Shown here piece after piece: positions 49,369 through 61,761 of a stretch of DNA of 64,000 nt (within the stretch, counting starts at the first letter, position 1; every line of letters begins with the position of its first letter). A model generated the notes under the pieces. The model did no database searches and was not told the DNA's origin. It was given only the letters and a program-made list of their open reading frames with translations. Source of the DNA: an uncultured Pseudomonadota bacterium. GTDB taxonomy: Bacteria > Pseudomonadota > Alphaproteobacteria > JACZXZ01. The position numbers and the translations under genes are program-made. The DNA lies in assembly GCA_963749075.1 (NCBI GenBank), contig CAVVLJ010000016.1:672001-736000 (forward strand). The letters are read 5' to 3'.

Positions 49369-49611
49369 ATGCAGACCATCTTCATCATGGTCAAGTGCGA
49401 GCTGGGCCGGACCTACGAGGTGGCCGACGAGCTCGTGCAGACCGTCGAGCAGGTCTCCGAGGTGCACTCGATCTCGGGCCAATACGACCTCCTGGTCAAA
49501 TGCTACCTCCCCGAGGGCATGGACATCGGCCACTTCGTCGCCTCGCAGATCCAGCGCGTGGGCGGCATCAAGGACACCTATACGATCATTACGTTCAAGG
49601 CGTTTACGTGA
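49369..49611 (+). CDS. Stand-alone Lrp/AsnC ligand-binding domain protein
   Basis: FIMVKC, VSEVHSISGQYDLLVK, GIKDTYTIITF; 80 aa with no HTH. Confidence 0.88.
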   Translation: MQTIFIMVKCELGRTYEVADELVQTVEQVSEVHSISGQYDLLVKCYLPEGMDIGHFVASQIQRVGGIKDTYTIITFKAFT

Positions 49612-49683
49612 GCGGCGCGGCCAGCGCGGTTTGTCAATTTCTCGCTGTCAGGCCCAACCGAGCAATCATATAGATAGCAAGCA

Positions 49684-50763
49684 ATGAATGACGGCCGCAG
49701 TCCCTCCGCAGGTGCTGACGAGCCCCTCTCCATCGAGGCGTTCGACTTCGCCCTCCCGCGCGAGCGCATCGCCCAGCATCCGGTGCGGCCGCGCGATGCG
49801 GCGCGGCTCCTTTGCGTCGGACGCGGCGGGCTCGCGGATGCCGTGGTGCGCGATCTCCCGGTGCTCCTTCGCCCGGGCGACCTCCTCGTGCTCAACGACA
49901 CGAAGGTGATCCCGGCCCGGCTCGCCGGCACACGGCGTGGCGCCAAGGTCGAGCTCACGCTCCACCGCGAGGCCGCCCCCGGCGTCTGGCGCGCCTTTGC
50001 CCGCCCGGCGCGCAAGCTCGCGGTGGGCGACCGCGTCGAGTTCGCAGCCGATTTTGCGGCCGAAGTGGCGGCGAAAGCCGCCGACGGCGAGGTCACCTTG
50101 CGCTTCGCCACCTCTGCTGCGGCGCTCCTCGCCGCCCTCGAGCGCCACGGCGCGGCGCCGCTGCCGCCCTACATCAAGCGCCCGGCCGGCGCTTCGGTGG
50201 CCGACCGCGCCGATTACCAGACCATCTATGCGCGGGCGCCGGGCGCCGTGGCAGCACCCACCGCAGGGCTCCATTTCACCGACGCGCTCTTTGCCGCCCT
50301 CGACGCGCGCGGGATAGGGCGGACGACCGTGACGCTCCATGTCGGCGCCGGCACCTTCTTGCCCGTCAAGGTGGGGGACGTGCGGCAGCACCCCATGCAC
50401 GGCGAATTTGGCGTCGTCACCGAGGAGGCCGCGGCGGCGGTGAACGCGGCGCGTGCGGCTGGCGGGCGCATCGCCGCAGTCGGCTCGACCTCCTTGCGCC
50501 TCCTCGAGAGCGCCGCCGGCGAGGACGGCCGCGTCGGGCCCTTCGCGGGCGAGACGCGGCTCTTCATCCTCCCCGGCTACCGCTTCAAGGCGGTCGATCT
50601 CATGCTCACCAACTTCCACCTGCCGCGCTCGACCCTCTTCATGCTGGTGGCGGCCTTCGCCGGGCTCGCGCGCATGCAGGCGGCCTATCGCCATGCCATC
50701 GACGCCGGCTACCGCTTCTATTCCTATGGCGACGCCTGCCTCCTCGAGCGGGCCGAGACATGA
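49684..50763 (+). CDS. queA: S-adenosylmethionine:tRNA ribosyltransferase-isomerase
   Basis: [57 protein letters not shown]. Confidence 0.97.
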   Translation: MNDGRSPSAGADEPLSIEAFDFALPRERIAQHPVRPRDAARLLCVGRGGLADAVVRDLPVLLRPGDLLVLNDTKVIPARLAGTRRGAKVELTLHREAAPGVWRAFARPARKLAVGDRVEFAADFAAEVAAKAADGEVTLRFATSAAALLAALERHGAAPLPPYIKRPAGASVADRADYQTIYARAPGAVAAPTAGLHFTDALFAALDARGIGRTTVTLHVGAGTFLPVKVGDVRQHPMHGEFGVVTEEAAAAVNAARAAGGRIAAVGSTSLRLLESAAGEDGRVGPFAGETRLFILPGYRFKAVDLMLTNFHLPRSTLFMLVAAFAGLARMQAAYRHAIDAGYRFYSYGDACLLERAET

Positions 50764-51893
50764 GCGGCCGCTTCGCCTTCGCCCTCCTCGCGGCCTCGGG
50801 CGCGGCGCGCCGCGGCCGGCTCGAGACCGCGCACGGCAGCGTCGAGACGCCGGCCTTCATGCCCGTGGGCACGGCGGGCACGGTCAAGGCGATGACCGCC
50901 GAGGCCGTGCGCTCGACCGGCACCGAGATCATCCTCGCCAACACCTATCACCTGATGCTGCGCCCCGGCGCCGAGCGCTTGGCCCGGCTCGGCGGCCTCC
51001 ACCGCTTCATGGACTGGCCGGGGCCGATCCTCACGGATTCGGGCGGCTATCAGGTCATGTCGCTCGCGCAGCTGCGCACCATCGGCGAGGAGGGCGTCGC
51101 CTTCCAGTCGCACCTCGACGGCGCCCGCCATCTCCTGACGCCCGAGCGCGCTGTCGAGATCCAGCGCCTGCTCGACGCCACCATCTCGATGGCGCTCGAC
51201 GAATGCACCGGCTGGCCGTGCGACGAGGCCACGGCGGCGCAGTCAATGCGCCTCTCCATGCGCTGGGCCGCGCGCTCGCGTGCCAGCTTTGCCGAGCACA
51301 CGGGCTACGGCCTCTTCGGCATCGCCCAGGGCAGCGTCTACGCGAGCTTGCGCGAGGAATCGGCCAAGGCGCTCGCGGCAATCGGCTTCGAGGGCTATGC
51401 CATCGGCGGCCTCGCGGTGGGCGAGGGGCAGGCGCGCATGCTGGCCGCCCTCGAGGCCACGCTGCCCCATCTCCCGGCCGGCCAGCCGCGCTATCTCATG
51501 GGCGTCGGCAAGCCCGACGACCTCATCGCCGCCGTGGCGCGCGGCGTCGATCTCTTCGACTGCGTGATCCCGACGCGCTCGGGCCGCACCGGCCAGGCCT
51601 TCACCCGCCGGGGCGCCCTCAACCTGCGCAACGCGCGCCACGCCGAGGACCCGCGGCCGCTCGACGAGGCCTGCCGCTGTCCCGCCTGCCGCACCGCCAG
51701 CCGCGCCTACCTCCATCACCTGGTGAAGGCCGGCGAGATCCTGGCCGCCATGCTGCTCACCTGGCACAACCTCACCTATTATCAGGGGCTTCTCGGAGCA
51801 CTCAGGTCCGCGATCGTGGAAGGGCGCTTCGCCGAGGTTGCCGCGGCAATCGCCGGCGAGCTTGCCGCGGGGGAGGTCGAGCCCCCATGCTGA
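50760..51893 (+). CDS. tgt: tRNA-guanine transglycosylase
   Basis: [50 protein letters not shown]. Confidence 0.97.
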   Translation: MSGRFAFALLAASGAARRGRLETAHGSVETPAFMPVGTAGTVKAMTAEAVRSTGTEIILANTYHLMLRPGAERLARLGGLHRFMDWPGPILTDSGGYQVMSLAQLRTIGEEGVAFQSHLDGARHLLTPERAVEIQRLLDATISMALDECTGWPCDEATAAQSMRLSMRWAARSRASFAEHTGYGLFGIAQGSVYASLREESAKALAAIGFEGYAIGGLAVGEGQARMLAALEATLPHLPAGQPRYLMGVGKPDDLIAAVARGVDLFDCVIPTRSGRTGQAFTRRGALNLRNARHAEDPRPLDEACRCPACRTASRAYLHHLVKAGEILAAMLLTWHNLTYYQGLLGALRSAIVEGRFAEVAAAIAGELAAGEVEPPC

Positions 51894-51973
51894 CGCGTCG
51901 GATTGACGCGGCAATCTATCGACCGGCCGCCGAGACCCATGTATGATCGGCCGATTTCAATAGGTTGGCATGC

Positions 51974-52438
51974 ATGGTTCAGGCGAAATACCGGGAGCTC
52001 ACGATCCTCGGCGGCAAGGCTCGGCCGCCGCGCTCGCCGGCCGAGGCGCGCCTCGAGAGCGTCGCCAATCCGCATCCCCGGACGGCCTATCTGGTGCGCT
52101 TCACCGCACCCGAGTTCACCTGCCTCTGCCCGCTCACCGGCCAGCCGGATTTCGCCCATCTCGTCATCGACTATGTCCCGGCCCGCCGCCTCCTCGAGAG
52201 CAAGTCGCTCAAGCTCTACCTCGCCTCCTTCCGCAACCACGGCGGCTTTCACGAGGAGACCACCCTCGCCATCGCACGGCGCCTCGAGCGCGAGCTCAAG
52301 CCGCGCTGGCTCAGGATCGGCGGCTATTGGTACCCGCGCGGCGGCATGCCCATCGACGTCTTCTACCAGTCCGCAGCACCGCCCAAGGGGCTCTGGCTCC
52401 CCGAGCAGGGCGTGCCGCCCTATCGCGGGCGGGGGTAG
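51974..52438 (+). CDS. queF: NADPH-dependent preQ0 reductase (unimodular type)
   Basis: [31 protein letters not shown]. Confidence 0.96.
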   Translation: MVQAKYRELTILGGKARPPRSPAEARLESVANPHPRTAYLVRFTAPEFTCLCPLTGQPDFAHLVIDYVPARRLLESKSLKLYLASFRNHGGFHEETTLAIARRLERELKPRWLRIGGYWYPRGGMPIDVFYQSAAPPKGLWLPEQGVPPYRGRG

Positions 52439-52445
52439 GGCGCCC

Positions 52446-53597
52446 ATGCACGGCACGCTCGAGGAGGCCATCCGCGCCAAGGCGGCCGAGCTCGGCTTCG
52501 ACGCCGCGGCCGTGACCGCGGCACGCCTCGACGCGAGCGCCAAGCGGAACCTCGCCGAGTATGTCGCGCGCGACTATCACGGCGACATGGCCTGGCTTGC
52601 CGACACCCTGCCGCGCCGCGGCGACCCGCAAGCGCTGTGGCCCGAGGCGAAGAGCGCCATCGTGCTCGGCCTGAGCTACGCGCCGGAGGGCGATCCGCTT
52701 GCGCTCACGCGCCTCTCCGAGCGGGGCAGCGTCTCGGTCTATGCCCGCGGCCAGGATTACCACGACGTCATCAAGAAACGCCTCAAGGCGCTGGCGCGCT
52801 GGCTCGCGGCTTACCGGGCTTGCGCCGTCAAGCTCTTCGTCGATACCGCACCGCTCATGGAGAAGCCGCTCGCCCAAGCGGCCGGCCTCGGCTGGCAGGG
52901 CAAGCACACCAACCTCGTCTCGCGCCGCCACGGCTCCTGGCTCTTCCTCGCGGCCCTCCTCCTTGACGTCGATCTCTCACCCGACGCCCCCGAGCGCGAC
53001 TGCTGCGGGAGCTGCCGGCGCTGCCTCGACGCCTGTCCCACCAAGGCCTTCCCGGCACCCTACCGGCTCGACGCGCGGCGCTGCATCTCCTATCTCACCA
53101 TCGAGCACAAGGGGCACATCCCGCGCGAATTCCGCAGAGCACTCGGCAACCGCATCTACGGCTGCGACGACTGCCTCGCGGTCTGCCCGTGGAACAAGTT
53201 CGCGGCGCGCACGCGGGAGTATGCCTTCCTGCCGCGCATCTTCCTCACGGCGCCCAGGCTAGCGGACCTCGCCCTCCTCGACGATGCCGCCTTCCGCGAG
53301 CTCTTCGCGGGCTCGCCCATCAAGCGCATCGGGCGCGCGCGCTTCCTGCGCAATGTGCTCATAGCGCTCGGCAACAGCGGCGCGCCGGCGCTGGCGCCGC
53401 GCGCCGAGCGGCTGCTCGCGGACCCTTCGCCGCTCGTGCGCGGGGCCGCCGTCTGGGCCCTCGAGCGCCTCTTGGCACCCGCGCGTTTCGCGGCACTGCG
53501 CGGGGCGCACCGGCCGCGCGAGAGGGATCCCGCGGTGCGCGCCGAATGGGATGCGGGCGCGGCCTGCCAGTCGGCCGGGCAAGCGGCGAGCGCCTGA
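52446..53597 (+). CDS. queG: Epoxyqueuosine reductase
   Basis: [55 protein letters not shown]. Confidence 0.96.
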   Translation: MHGTLEEAIRAKAAELGFDAAAVTAARLDASAKRNLAEYVARDYHGDMAWLADTLPRRGDPQALWPEAKSAIVLGLSYAPEGDPLALTRLSERGSVSVYARGQDYHDVIKKRLKALARWLAAYRACAVKLFVDTAPLMEKPLAQAAGLGWQGKHTNLVSRRHGSWLFLAALLLDVDLSPDAPERDCCGSCRRCLDACPTKAFPAPYRLDARRCISYLTIEHKGHIPREFRRALGNRIYGCDDCLAVCPWNKFAARTREYAFLPRIFLTAPRLADLALLDDAAFRELFAGSPIKRIGRARFLRNVLIALGNSGAPALAPRAERLLADPSPLVRGAAVWALERLLAPARFAALRGAHRPRERDPAVRAEWDAGAACQSAGQAASA

Positions 53598-53725
53598 GCG
53601 CTCCCCGGCGCCGGGCGGCAGAGGCGCAAGGTCCCGCCGCAATACATCCGTCGATTGCAAGACTGCGACACATCTGCTAGACTTCTCGCAAAGGAAGCGA
53701 AAGCAAGGATAAATAAAAGCGGGTC

Positions 53726-54496
53726 GTGAACGGCCCGCAAGCCTTCGGGGAGAAGCCGAACGTGGTACCGGTCATGTCCGATGCGATCGACGAGTTCATC
53801 CGCCGCTCGGCGGCGGCCGCGCGTCCTCATGCGCTCTTCGATCTCTTTGCCGAGACGGTGGGCCCCTTGGGCTTTCCCGCCGTGGCCTACCTCGGCTATC
53901 AGTTCGGCGAGGAAGGCGAGCACCCGCCGATCGTCATGTCGAACTGTCCCGCGGACTGGCTCGCGCGCTACATCGAGAACGACAGCGGCCTGACCGATCC
54001 CGTGCTGATCGGCGCCGTGCGCGATGTGGTGCCGTTCATCTGGAACACCTCCGGCGCCGCACGGCTGGCGCCGCCGCCGCGCGAGGCGGCGGCCGCCGAC
54101 GGGCCGCACGTCGGAGCCGCGGTGCCCATTCACGGCTTCGCCGGCGAGTTCGCCATCGTCTGCCTCGCGTCCACCGCGGACCAGGCGGAGTTCGACAGCA
54201 CGTGGCGGCGCTACCGCCATGCGGCGCACGTGATGTCCTTGCATCTCCATTCCAGGATCGCCCAGGCGCTGACGCTCGACCGGCCGCGCCGCGCGCCCGT
54301 GCCCTTGAGCGAGCGCGAGGCCGAATGCCTGATCTGGATGGCGCGGGGCAAGACGAACTGGGAGATCGCGGAGATCCTGCGGCTCTCCGAGAAGACGATC
54401 CAGACCTACCTCGAGAACATCAAGCGCAAGCTCGGCGTCTATACCAAGACGCAGGCGGTGGTGAAGGCGATCATGCGCGGACTGATCAAGCCGTGA
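53726..54496 (+). CDS. LuxR-family regulator with autoinducer-binding domain (LuxR solo)
   Basis: WLARY...DPV...PFIW...G; C-terminal LSERE.ECL.W.A.GKT.WEIA.IL HTH; start may be ATG at 53774. Confidence 0.88.
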   Translation: MNGPQAFGEKPNVVPVMSDAIDEFIRRSAAAARPHALFDLFAETVGPLGFPAVAYLGYQFGEEGEHPPIVMSNCPADWLARYIENDSGLTDPVLIGAVRDVVPFIWNTSGAARLAPPPREAAAADGPHVGAAVPIHGFAGEFAIVCLASTADQAEFDSTWRRYRHAAHVMSLHLHSRIAQALTLDRPRRAPVPLSEREAECLIWMARGKTNWEIAEILRLSEKTIQTYLENIKRKLGVYTKTQAVVKAIMRGLIKP

Positions 54497-54654
54497 GCCG
54501 GCCGCAGCAACGAAGGAAAGCGGAGGATCGACGGAGAATCCTTTTGACTACACTATTTCGGGGGAGCGCGGCAATCCGGGAATAATGCCGGAATGCGCTG
54601 GGGGCGGGCCCTTGCTATGTGTTTTGTCCAACATGCTCTGGGCGGGGGGCGGCC

Positions 54655-54966
54655 ATGGCACACGATCAGGATGCGGCTCTGCGGGCGAACGGGGGCGATG
54701 TCCAGGCGGAGAAGGAGACGCAACGCGTAGGCCTGCTCAAGAGCCTCGAGTATCTCTACATCGAAGCCTGCTATGCGAAGATGTCGCTGGTCGCCACGCT
54801 GATCGGCGCGGCGATCGAGGCGGTCAGGGACGAGCTCAACGGCGTCAACGGCGCTACCCGCATGGCGAGTGCGGCCGTCACCGTCTCGATCCGCAACGTC
54901 TCGGCCAATCGCCTGCTCACCGACGACGACGATCTCGACGACGACGACTACTTCAAGGATTCCTGA
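54655..54966 (+). CDS. Small hypothetical protein with acidic C-terminus
   Basis: GC3-rich ORF; LLKSLEYLYIEA....LVATLIGAAIEAV helix; DDDDLDDDDY tail. Confidence 0.6.
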   Translation: MAHDQDAALRANGGDVQAEKETQRVGLLKSLEYLYIEACYAKMSLVATLIGAAIEAVRDELNGVNGATRMASAAVTVSIRNVSANRLLTDDDDLDDDDYFKDS

Positions 54967-54984
54967 GCCGCCTCTCTGCAGCTC

Positions 54985-56040
54985 TCAGGCGGCGATGCTG
55001 GCGGGAGCAGAGGCACCCGGGGCGTCCGGCGCGCGCGCGGCTTGCGCCGCCGGCTCGGGCATGCGCGCCGCGGCGGCGCTCACGGCCTCGGCGCCGGCTC
55101 CCGGCAGGGCGGCCAGCGCTGCGAGCGAGCGGCGCCACGCCTTGGCGCCGGGGACGCCCTGGAAAAGCCCGAGGATATGGCGCGTGACGGCGCCGAGCGG
55201 CGTGCCCTCGCGCCGCGCGCGCTCGATATAGGAGAGCAGGCCCGCGACCACCTGGTGCCGCGTCGGCACCGGGGAGGACGCGTCGAAGAAGCGCCGGTCC
55301 GCCTCGGCAAGCATGTAGGGGTCGTGATAGGCGGCGCGGCCGATCATGACGCCGTCGACGCGGGCGAGTTCGGCCGCGGCCTGCTCGAGGCTCGCGATGC
55401 CGCCGTTGAGCACGATCTCGAGGGCGGGGAAATCGGCCTTGAGGCGGTGCACGGTCTCCCAGGAGAGCGGCGGGATCTCGCGGTTCTCGCGCGGGCTCAG
55501 GCCGCTCAGCCAGGCCTTGCGGGCATGGATGGCGAAGCTCATGCAGCCGGCGTCGGCCAAGCGGCGCACGAAGCTCCTGAGCTCGCCGTAGGAATCCCGC
55601 TCGTCGATGCCGATGCGCGTCTTGACCGTGACGGGAAGCCGCTGGGCGCGGACCATGGCGGCAACGCCGCGCGCGACAAGCTCCGGCTCCGCCATCAGGC
55701 AGGCGCCGAAGCGCGCGCTCTGCACCCGCTCGCTCGGGCAGCCGAGGTTGAGGTTGACCTCGTCGTAGCCGAAGCCCTCGGCGATGCGCGCGCATTCGGC
55801 AAGCTCGCCCGGGTCGGCGCCGCCGAGCTGGAGGGCGATCGGATGCTCGGCCGCGTCGAAGCCGATGAGGCGCTGCCGCTCGCCGCGCAAGAGCGCCGCG
55901 GTGCCGACCATCTCGCTGTAGAGCAGCACGCGGCGGCTGAGCAACCGCAGGAAATAGCGGCAGTGCCGGTCCGTGCGCTCCATCATTGGGGCGACGGAGA
56001 GGCGCCGGCTCAAGGGGGCTGCGGGCGGACTGCCGATCAT
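54985..56040 (-). CDS. dusA: tRNA-dihydrouridine(20/20a) synthase
   Basis: SVAPMM..TDRHCR, LQLGG, NLNLGCPS.RVQ...FGACLM, VKTRIG, HARKAWL.GLSP.ENR, MIGRAAY. Confidence 0.95.
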   Translation of the reverse strand: MIGSPPAAPLSRRLSVAPMMERTDRHCRYFLRLLSRRVLLYSEMVGTAALLRGERQRLIGFDAAEHPIALQLGGADPGELAECARIAEGFGYDEVNLNLGCPSERVQSARFGACLMAEPELVARGVAAMVRAQRLPVTVKTRIGIDERDSYGELRSFVRRLADAGCMSFAIHARKAWLSGLSPRENREIPPLSWETVHRLKADFPALEIVLNGGIASLEQAAAELARVDGVMIGRAAYHDPYMLAEADRRFFDASSPVPTRHQVVAGLLSYIERARREGTPLGAVTRHILGLFQGVPGAKAWRRSLAALAALPGAGAEAVSAAAARMPEPAAQAARAPDAPGASAPASIAA

Positions 56041-56175
56041 GGCGACTCTCTACACCTGGTATGGCGTTCGGAGCAAATGGCGAGCTGTCTCCCCCAGCGT
56101 TTTCTTGACCGAGGTGGCGACGGGGCCGAATACTTCGCGCTGCGCGCATCTCGTGCGCAAGCAAGGGGGGACAAC

Positions 56176-56442
56176 ATGAAAAGACTGATTGTGAGCTCGA
56201 TCGAGCCGTTGAGTGCGGTCGTCATCGTTCTTATGCTCATGGTCGGGCTGATCGGCGGGGCGGGCGTAGGCTATCATCTCGGCGGAGCAGCTCTCGCGGT
56301 GGTAGGGGCTATTCTCGGCGTGATCGCCTACTTCGCGCTTGCGGTCTTGATCTTCGGCGCGCTCTTCATCCTGCTCGAGATGGACGAGAGCCTGCGCGCC
56401 ATCCGCGCGTTGCTCGAGCGCCAGGCCGCCCCTAAGCCCTAG
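56176..56442 (+). CDS. Small two-TM membrane protein
   Basis: MKRLIV... two hydrophobic helices then LRAIRALLE; GGGGG SD-like. Confidence 0.6.
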   Translation: MKRLIVSSIEPLSAVVIVLMLMVGLIGGAGVGYHLGGAALAVVGAILGVIAYFALAVLIFGALFILLEMDESLRAIRALLERQAAPKP

Positions 56443-56610
56443 GCCGGAGGCGGGCGCCGTCGCCCGCGCGCCAAAAGGGGATCGTGGTCGCCTAGTTCGC
56501 GCGCGAGGGGCAGAAGCTCGCGCGGGCGTGTAGGGCGTTGCGCTCGTAGGCGAGCGCCGCCGCGGGAATTACGCGCTAGACTTGCCCGGTCGAGCAAGAG
56601 GAGCATTGCC

Positions 56611-57975
56611 ATGGCCCAAGGGTCCGCTGCCGCCGCCAACCGCATCGAGGTCCACGACCCGGAGGCACTCGCCGCCGCCCGCGCCGTCCTCGACGCCGCG
56701 GCCAACGCCCGCGCCATGGGCGAGGCGGTCAAGGCGGCGGTCGAGCGCAATGCCGCGTTCCGCGGCGCCCAGTGCATCAATCTCCTGGCGCCCGAGGCGC
56801 CGACGAGCCCGGGCGTGCGCGCGCTGCTCGCGAGCGAGATCGGCACGCGTGCCGCCGAGGGGCATATCGGCCGGGTCAACCGCTGGTTCGCCGGGACGAC
56901 GCACATCGACGAGCTCGAGGCGCTCTGCGTCGAGCTCCTCAAGCGCTACTTCCGCTGCAACTACGCGGACCATCGCCTGTGCGCCTCCATGATCGGCAAT
57001 GCCGTGGTCTATACGGCGCTCTCCGAGCCGGGCGACATCATCATGTCGGCAGCCCAGCCGGTGGGCGGCCATTCCTCCAACCGCAGCGACGGGCCGGCGG
57101 GTGCCATGGGCCGCAAGATCGTCGACATCCCCTTCGACGCGCGCGAGCTCGTGGTCGACATGGACGCCTTCCGCAAGGCGGCACCCCTGGTGCGGCCCAA
57201 GCTCACCGCACTCGGCCTCTCGATGACGCTCTTCCCCCAGCCCGTGGCCGAGATGAAGCGCGTCGTCGCCGAGTGGGGCGGCCGGCTCTTCTTCGATGCG
57301 GCGCATCAGCTCGGCCTCATCGGCGGCCGCCAGTTCCAGGACCCGCTGGCCGAGGGTGCCGACATCATGACCGGCTCGGCGGGCAAGACCTTCTCCGGCC
57401 CGCAGTCGGGCATCATCCTGTGGGACGATCCGGAGCTCGCCCGGCCGGTCACCACCGCGATCTTCCCGGTCTGGGCGGCGACGCACCAGGTAAACCGCGT
57501 GGCAGCCCTCGCTCTCGCGACCGCCGAGGCGATCGCTTACGGCGAGGCCTTCATGGCGGCGATCGTGCAGAACGCCCAGGCCCTCGCCCGCGCGCTCGAC
57601 GCCCGCGGCTTGCCCATGCTCGGCGCCCACAAGGGCTATACCACGACCCACCAGACGATCGCCGACGCGCGCCGCTTCGGCCGCGGCTTAGACGCGGCGA
57701 GGCGCCTCGAGCGCGCCAACATCATCGTCAACAAGAACCTCATCCCGGACGACAAGCCGGAGGACTGGGATTTCCCCGGCGGCCTGCGCATGGGCACCAT
57801 CGAGATAACCCGGCTCGGCATGGGCGTGGGCGAGATGGAGACGATAGCCGGGCTCATCGCCCGCGTGCTGGTCGAGGGCGAGGCGCCCGAGGACGTGCGC
57901 AAGGATGCGCTCGCTCTCAGAAGCGGCTTTCAGACGCTCTATTACTGCTTCGAGAACGGCTTGCCGCCGGGCTGA
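56611..57975 (+). CDS. Serine hydroxymethyltransferase-like PLP enzyme (divergent)
   Basis: INLLAPE, AEG, GGH.S, FDAAHQLGLI.G, GSAGKTFSGPQ.G, ANIIVNKN, GLRMGT..ITR.G. Confidence 0.8.
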   Translation: MAQGSAAAANRIEVHDPEALAAARAVLDAAANARAMGEAVKAAVERNAAFRGAQCINLLAPEAPTSPGVRALLASEIGTRAAEGHIGRVNRWFAGTTHIDELEALCVELLKRYFRCNYADHRLCASMIGNAVVYTALSEPGDIIMSAAQPVGGHSSNRSDGPAGAMGRKIVDIPFDARELVVDMDAFRKAAPLVRPKLTALGLSMTLFPQPVAEMKRVVAEWGGRLFFDAAHQLGLIGGRQFQDPLAEGADIMTGSAGKTFSGPQSGIILWDDPELARPVTTAIFPVWAATHQVNRVAALALATAEAIAYGEAFMAAIVQNAQALARALDARGLPMLGAHKGYTTTHQTIADARRFGRGLDAARRLERANIIVNKNLIPDDKPEDWDFPGGLRMGTIEITRLGMGVGEMETIAGLIARVLVEGEAPEDVRKDALALRSGFQTLYYCFENGLPPG

Positions 57976-57991
57976 CGGCCGCCGGCGCCGC

Positions 57992-59494
<1,503 letters not shown>

Positions 59495-59668
59495 AAAGGC
59501 GTCACGCTGTGCCGTGCTGCGGCAGCCCAAGGGCGCGCATGTTTCGGGAAGCTACCAAGAAGATGTGGCCGCGATCATAGTTTTTCCAGCCCCCCTGTCA
59601 ATCTTTGTCGAATGCGGCAAAATGGCCTATCTCGTGGCCGGCTCCGCTAGTCGGGAGGAATTTGACCA

Positions 59669-61735
59669 ATGCAAGCCGCAGGAAACGCCCAGCCCGAGAC
59701 CGCCGCCGCGGCTCGGGACCCCTTGCTGCAACCCTTGAGGATCAAGCGCCTCGTGCTCAAGAACCGCGTCATGAGCACGAGCCACGCGTGCGGCCTCGAG
59801 GAGGGTGGGGTGCCCGGCGAGCGCTACCAGCTCTATCACGAGGAGAAGGCCAAAGGCGGCATCGCACTCACCATGTTCGGCGGCTCCTCGAACGTGGCCC
59901 CCAACTCGCCCAACATCTTCCGCCAGCTCAACGTGGGCGACGATGCCATCATCCCCCACCTGCAGCGTTTCTCGGAGCGCATCCACGCCCATGGTGCCGC
60001 GCTCATGTGCCAGATCACCCATCTCGGGCGGCGCGGCGAGCCCTATGCCTCGAACTGGCTGCCCACCATCGCGCCCTCGCCCTTGCGCGAGACGCTCCAC
60101 CGCAGCTTCCCCAAGGAGATGGACGAGCACGACATCGCGCGCGTGGTGCGCGCCTATGGCGCCGCGGCGCGGCGCTGCCAGGAGGGCGGGCTCGACGGCA
60201 TCGAGACGCTGGCCGGCGGCCACCTGATCGGCCAGTTCCTCTCGCCCAAGACCAACCGGCGGCGCGACCGCTTCGGCGGCTCGCTCGCGAACCGCTGCCG
60301 CTTCGGGCTCATGGTGCATGAGGAGATCCGAAGGCGCACCGGGGACGGCTTTCTCGTCGGCCTGCGCTACGTGGTGGACGAGGGCGCCGACGGCGGCCTC
60401 TCGCTCGACGAATGCGTCGCGGCGGCGCGCCTCTTCGAGGCCGCGGGCACCATCGATTTCTTCAATGCCATCTACGGCCGCATGGACACCGAGCTCGCGC
60501 TCGCCGTGGACAATATGCCGGGCATGGCCTCGCCCTTGGCTCCCTGGCTCGCCCGCGTGGGGGAGTTCAAGCGCCAGGTCAAGCTGCCGGTCTTCCACGC
60601 GGCGCGCATCGCCGACGTGGCGAGCGCGCGCCATGCCATCCGCGAGGGACTCCTCGACATGGTCGCCATGACGCGCGCCCATATCGCCGATCCCCACATC
60701 GTGGCCAAGCTCGCGGCCGGGCTCGAGCAGCGCATCCGCCCTTGCGTCGGCGCCACCCACTGCCAGTCGCAATACCGGCCGTCGTGCCTCCACAATCCCT
60801 CGAGCGGACGCGAGTCGACCCTGCCGCACGCCATCGCCCGCGCCGAGCGGCCGGGGCGCAAGGTGGCGGTCGTCGGCGGCGGCCCGGCGGGGCTCGAGGC
60901 GGCGCGGGTGGCGGCCGAGCGCGGCCACCGGGTCGTGCTCTTCGAGGCGGCACCCCGTCTCGGCGGCCAGGTCCTGCTGGGCGCACGGGCGGGCTGGCGC
61001 AAGGACTTGGCCGGCATCGTCGAGTGGCGCGCCGCAGAGCTCGCGCGCTTGGGTGTCGACGTCCGCGCCAATGTCCTCGCCGAAGAGGCCGACGTGCTCG
61101 GCGAGGAGCCGGAGGTGGTGATCGTGGCGACCGGCGGGGTGCCCGACCTCGAGTGGCTCGAAGGTGCCGAGCATTGCACCAGCCTGTGGGAGGCGCTCAG
61201 CGGCGGCACCCCACTCGGCCAGGAGATCCTCGTCTACGACGGCACCGGCCGGCACCCCGCACCCCACATGGCCGAGCTCGCCGCCAAGGCCGGGCGCCGG
61301 GTCTCGCTCGTCTCGATCGACGCGCAGCTCGCCCAGGAGCTCACCTATGCCGAGCGGGCGATCTGGAAGAGCCGCCTCGGCGCACTGGCACTGCCCATGA
61401 CCTTCGACCACGAGCTCGAGAAGGTGGCCGTCTCGGGCAACCGCATCGTGGCGAGCTTCCGCAGCCTGGTCACCGGCGCCGCCATCGAGCTGAGCGCCGA
61501 CCAGGTGGTGGTCGAGCACGGCACGCTCCCCTCGGACGGGCTCTACCATGCGCTGCGCGGCCTCTCCGCGAACGACGGGGTGACCGACATCGAGGCACTC
61601 CTCGCCGGCGCCCCGCAGCCGCGCACGCTCAATCCGGCGGGACGCTTCGAGCTCCACCGCATCGGCGACGCCGTCGCCAGCCGCAACATCCACGCCGCAG
61701 TGCTCGACGCGCTCCGCCTGTGCCGGGCGCTCTGA
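59669..61735 (+). CDS. NADH:flavin oxidoreductase (OYE/TMADH-like; N-methylproline demethylase StcD-like)
   Basis: LKNRVMSTSH, QITHLGRR, QFLSP.TN.R.D.FGGS, IRPCVGA..C, VGGGPAGLEAA, RIGDAVA.RNIHAA. Confidence 0.88.
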   Translation: MQAAGNAQPETAAAARDPLLQPLRIKRLVLKNRVMSTSHACGLEEGGVPGERYQLYHEEKAKGGIALTMFGGSSNVAPNSPNIFRQLNVGDDAIIPHLQRFSERIHAHGAALMCQITHLGRRGEPYASNWLPTIAPSPLRETLHRSFPKEMDEHDIARVVRAYGAAARRCQEGGLDGIETLAGGHLIGQFLSPKTNRRRDRFGGSLANRCRFGLMVHEEIRRRTGDGFLVGLRYVVDEGADGGLSLDECVAAARLFEAAGTIDFFNAIYGRMDTELALAVDNMPGMASPLAPWLARVGEFKRQVKLPVFHAARIADVASARHAIREGLLDMVAMTRAHIADPHIVAKLAAGLEQRIRPCVGATHCQSQYRPSCLHNPSSGRESTLPHAIARAERPGRKVAVVGGGPAGLEAARVAAERGHRVVLFEAAPRLGGQVLLGARAGWRKDLAGIVEWRAAELARLGVDVRANVLAEEADVLGEEPEVVIVATGGVPDLEWLEGAEHCTSLWEALSGGTPLGQEILVYDGTGRHPAPHMAELAAKAGRRVSLVSIDAQLAQELTYAERAIWKSRLGALALPMTFDHELEKVAVSGNRIVASFRSLVTGAAIELSADQVVVEHGTLPSDGLYHALRGLSANDGVTDIEALLAGAPQPRTLNPAGRFELHRIGDAVASRNIHAAVLDALRLCRAL

Positions 61736-61761
61736 GCCCGAGATCCTCGAAGGAGATCGCC

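Noticed and set aside
51894-51973. Possible preQ1 riboswitch before queF
   Set aside because: No recognisable preQ1 stem-loop or A-rich tail.
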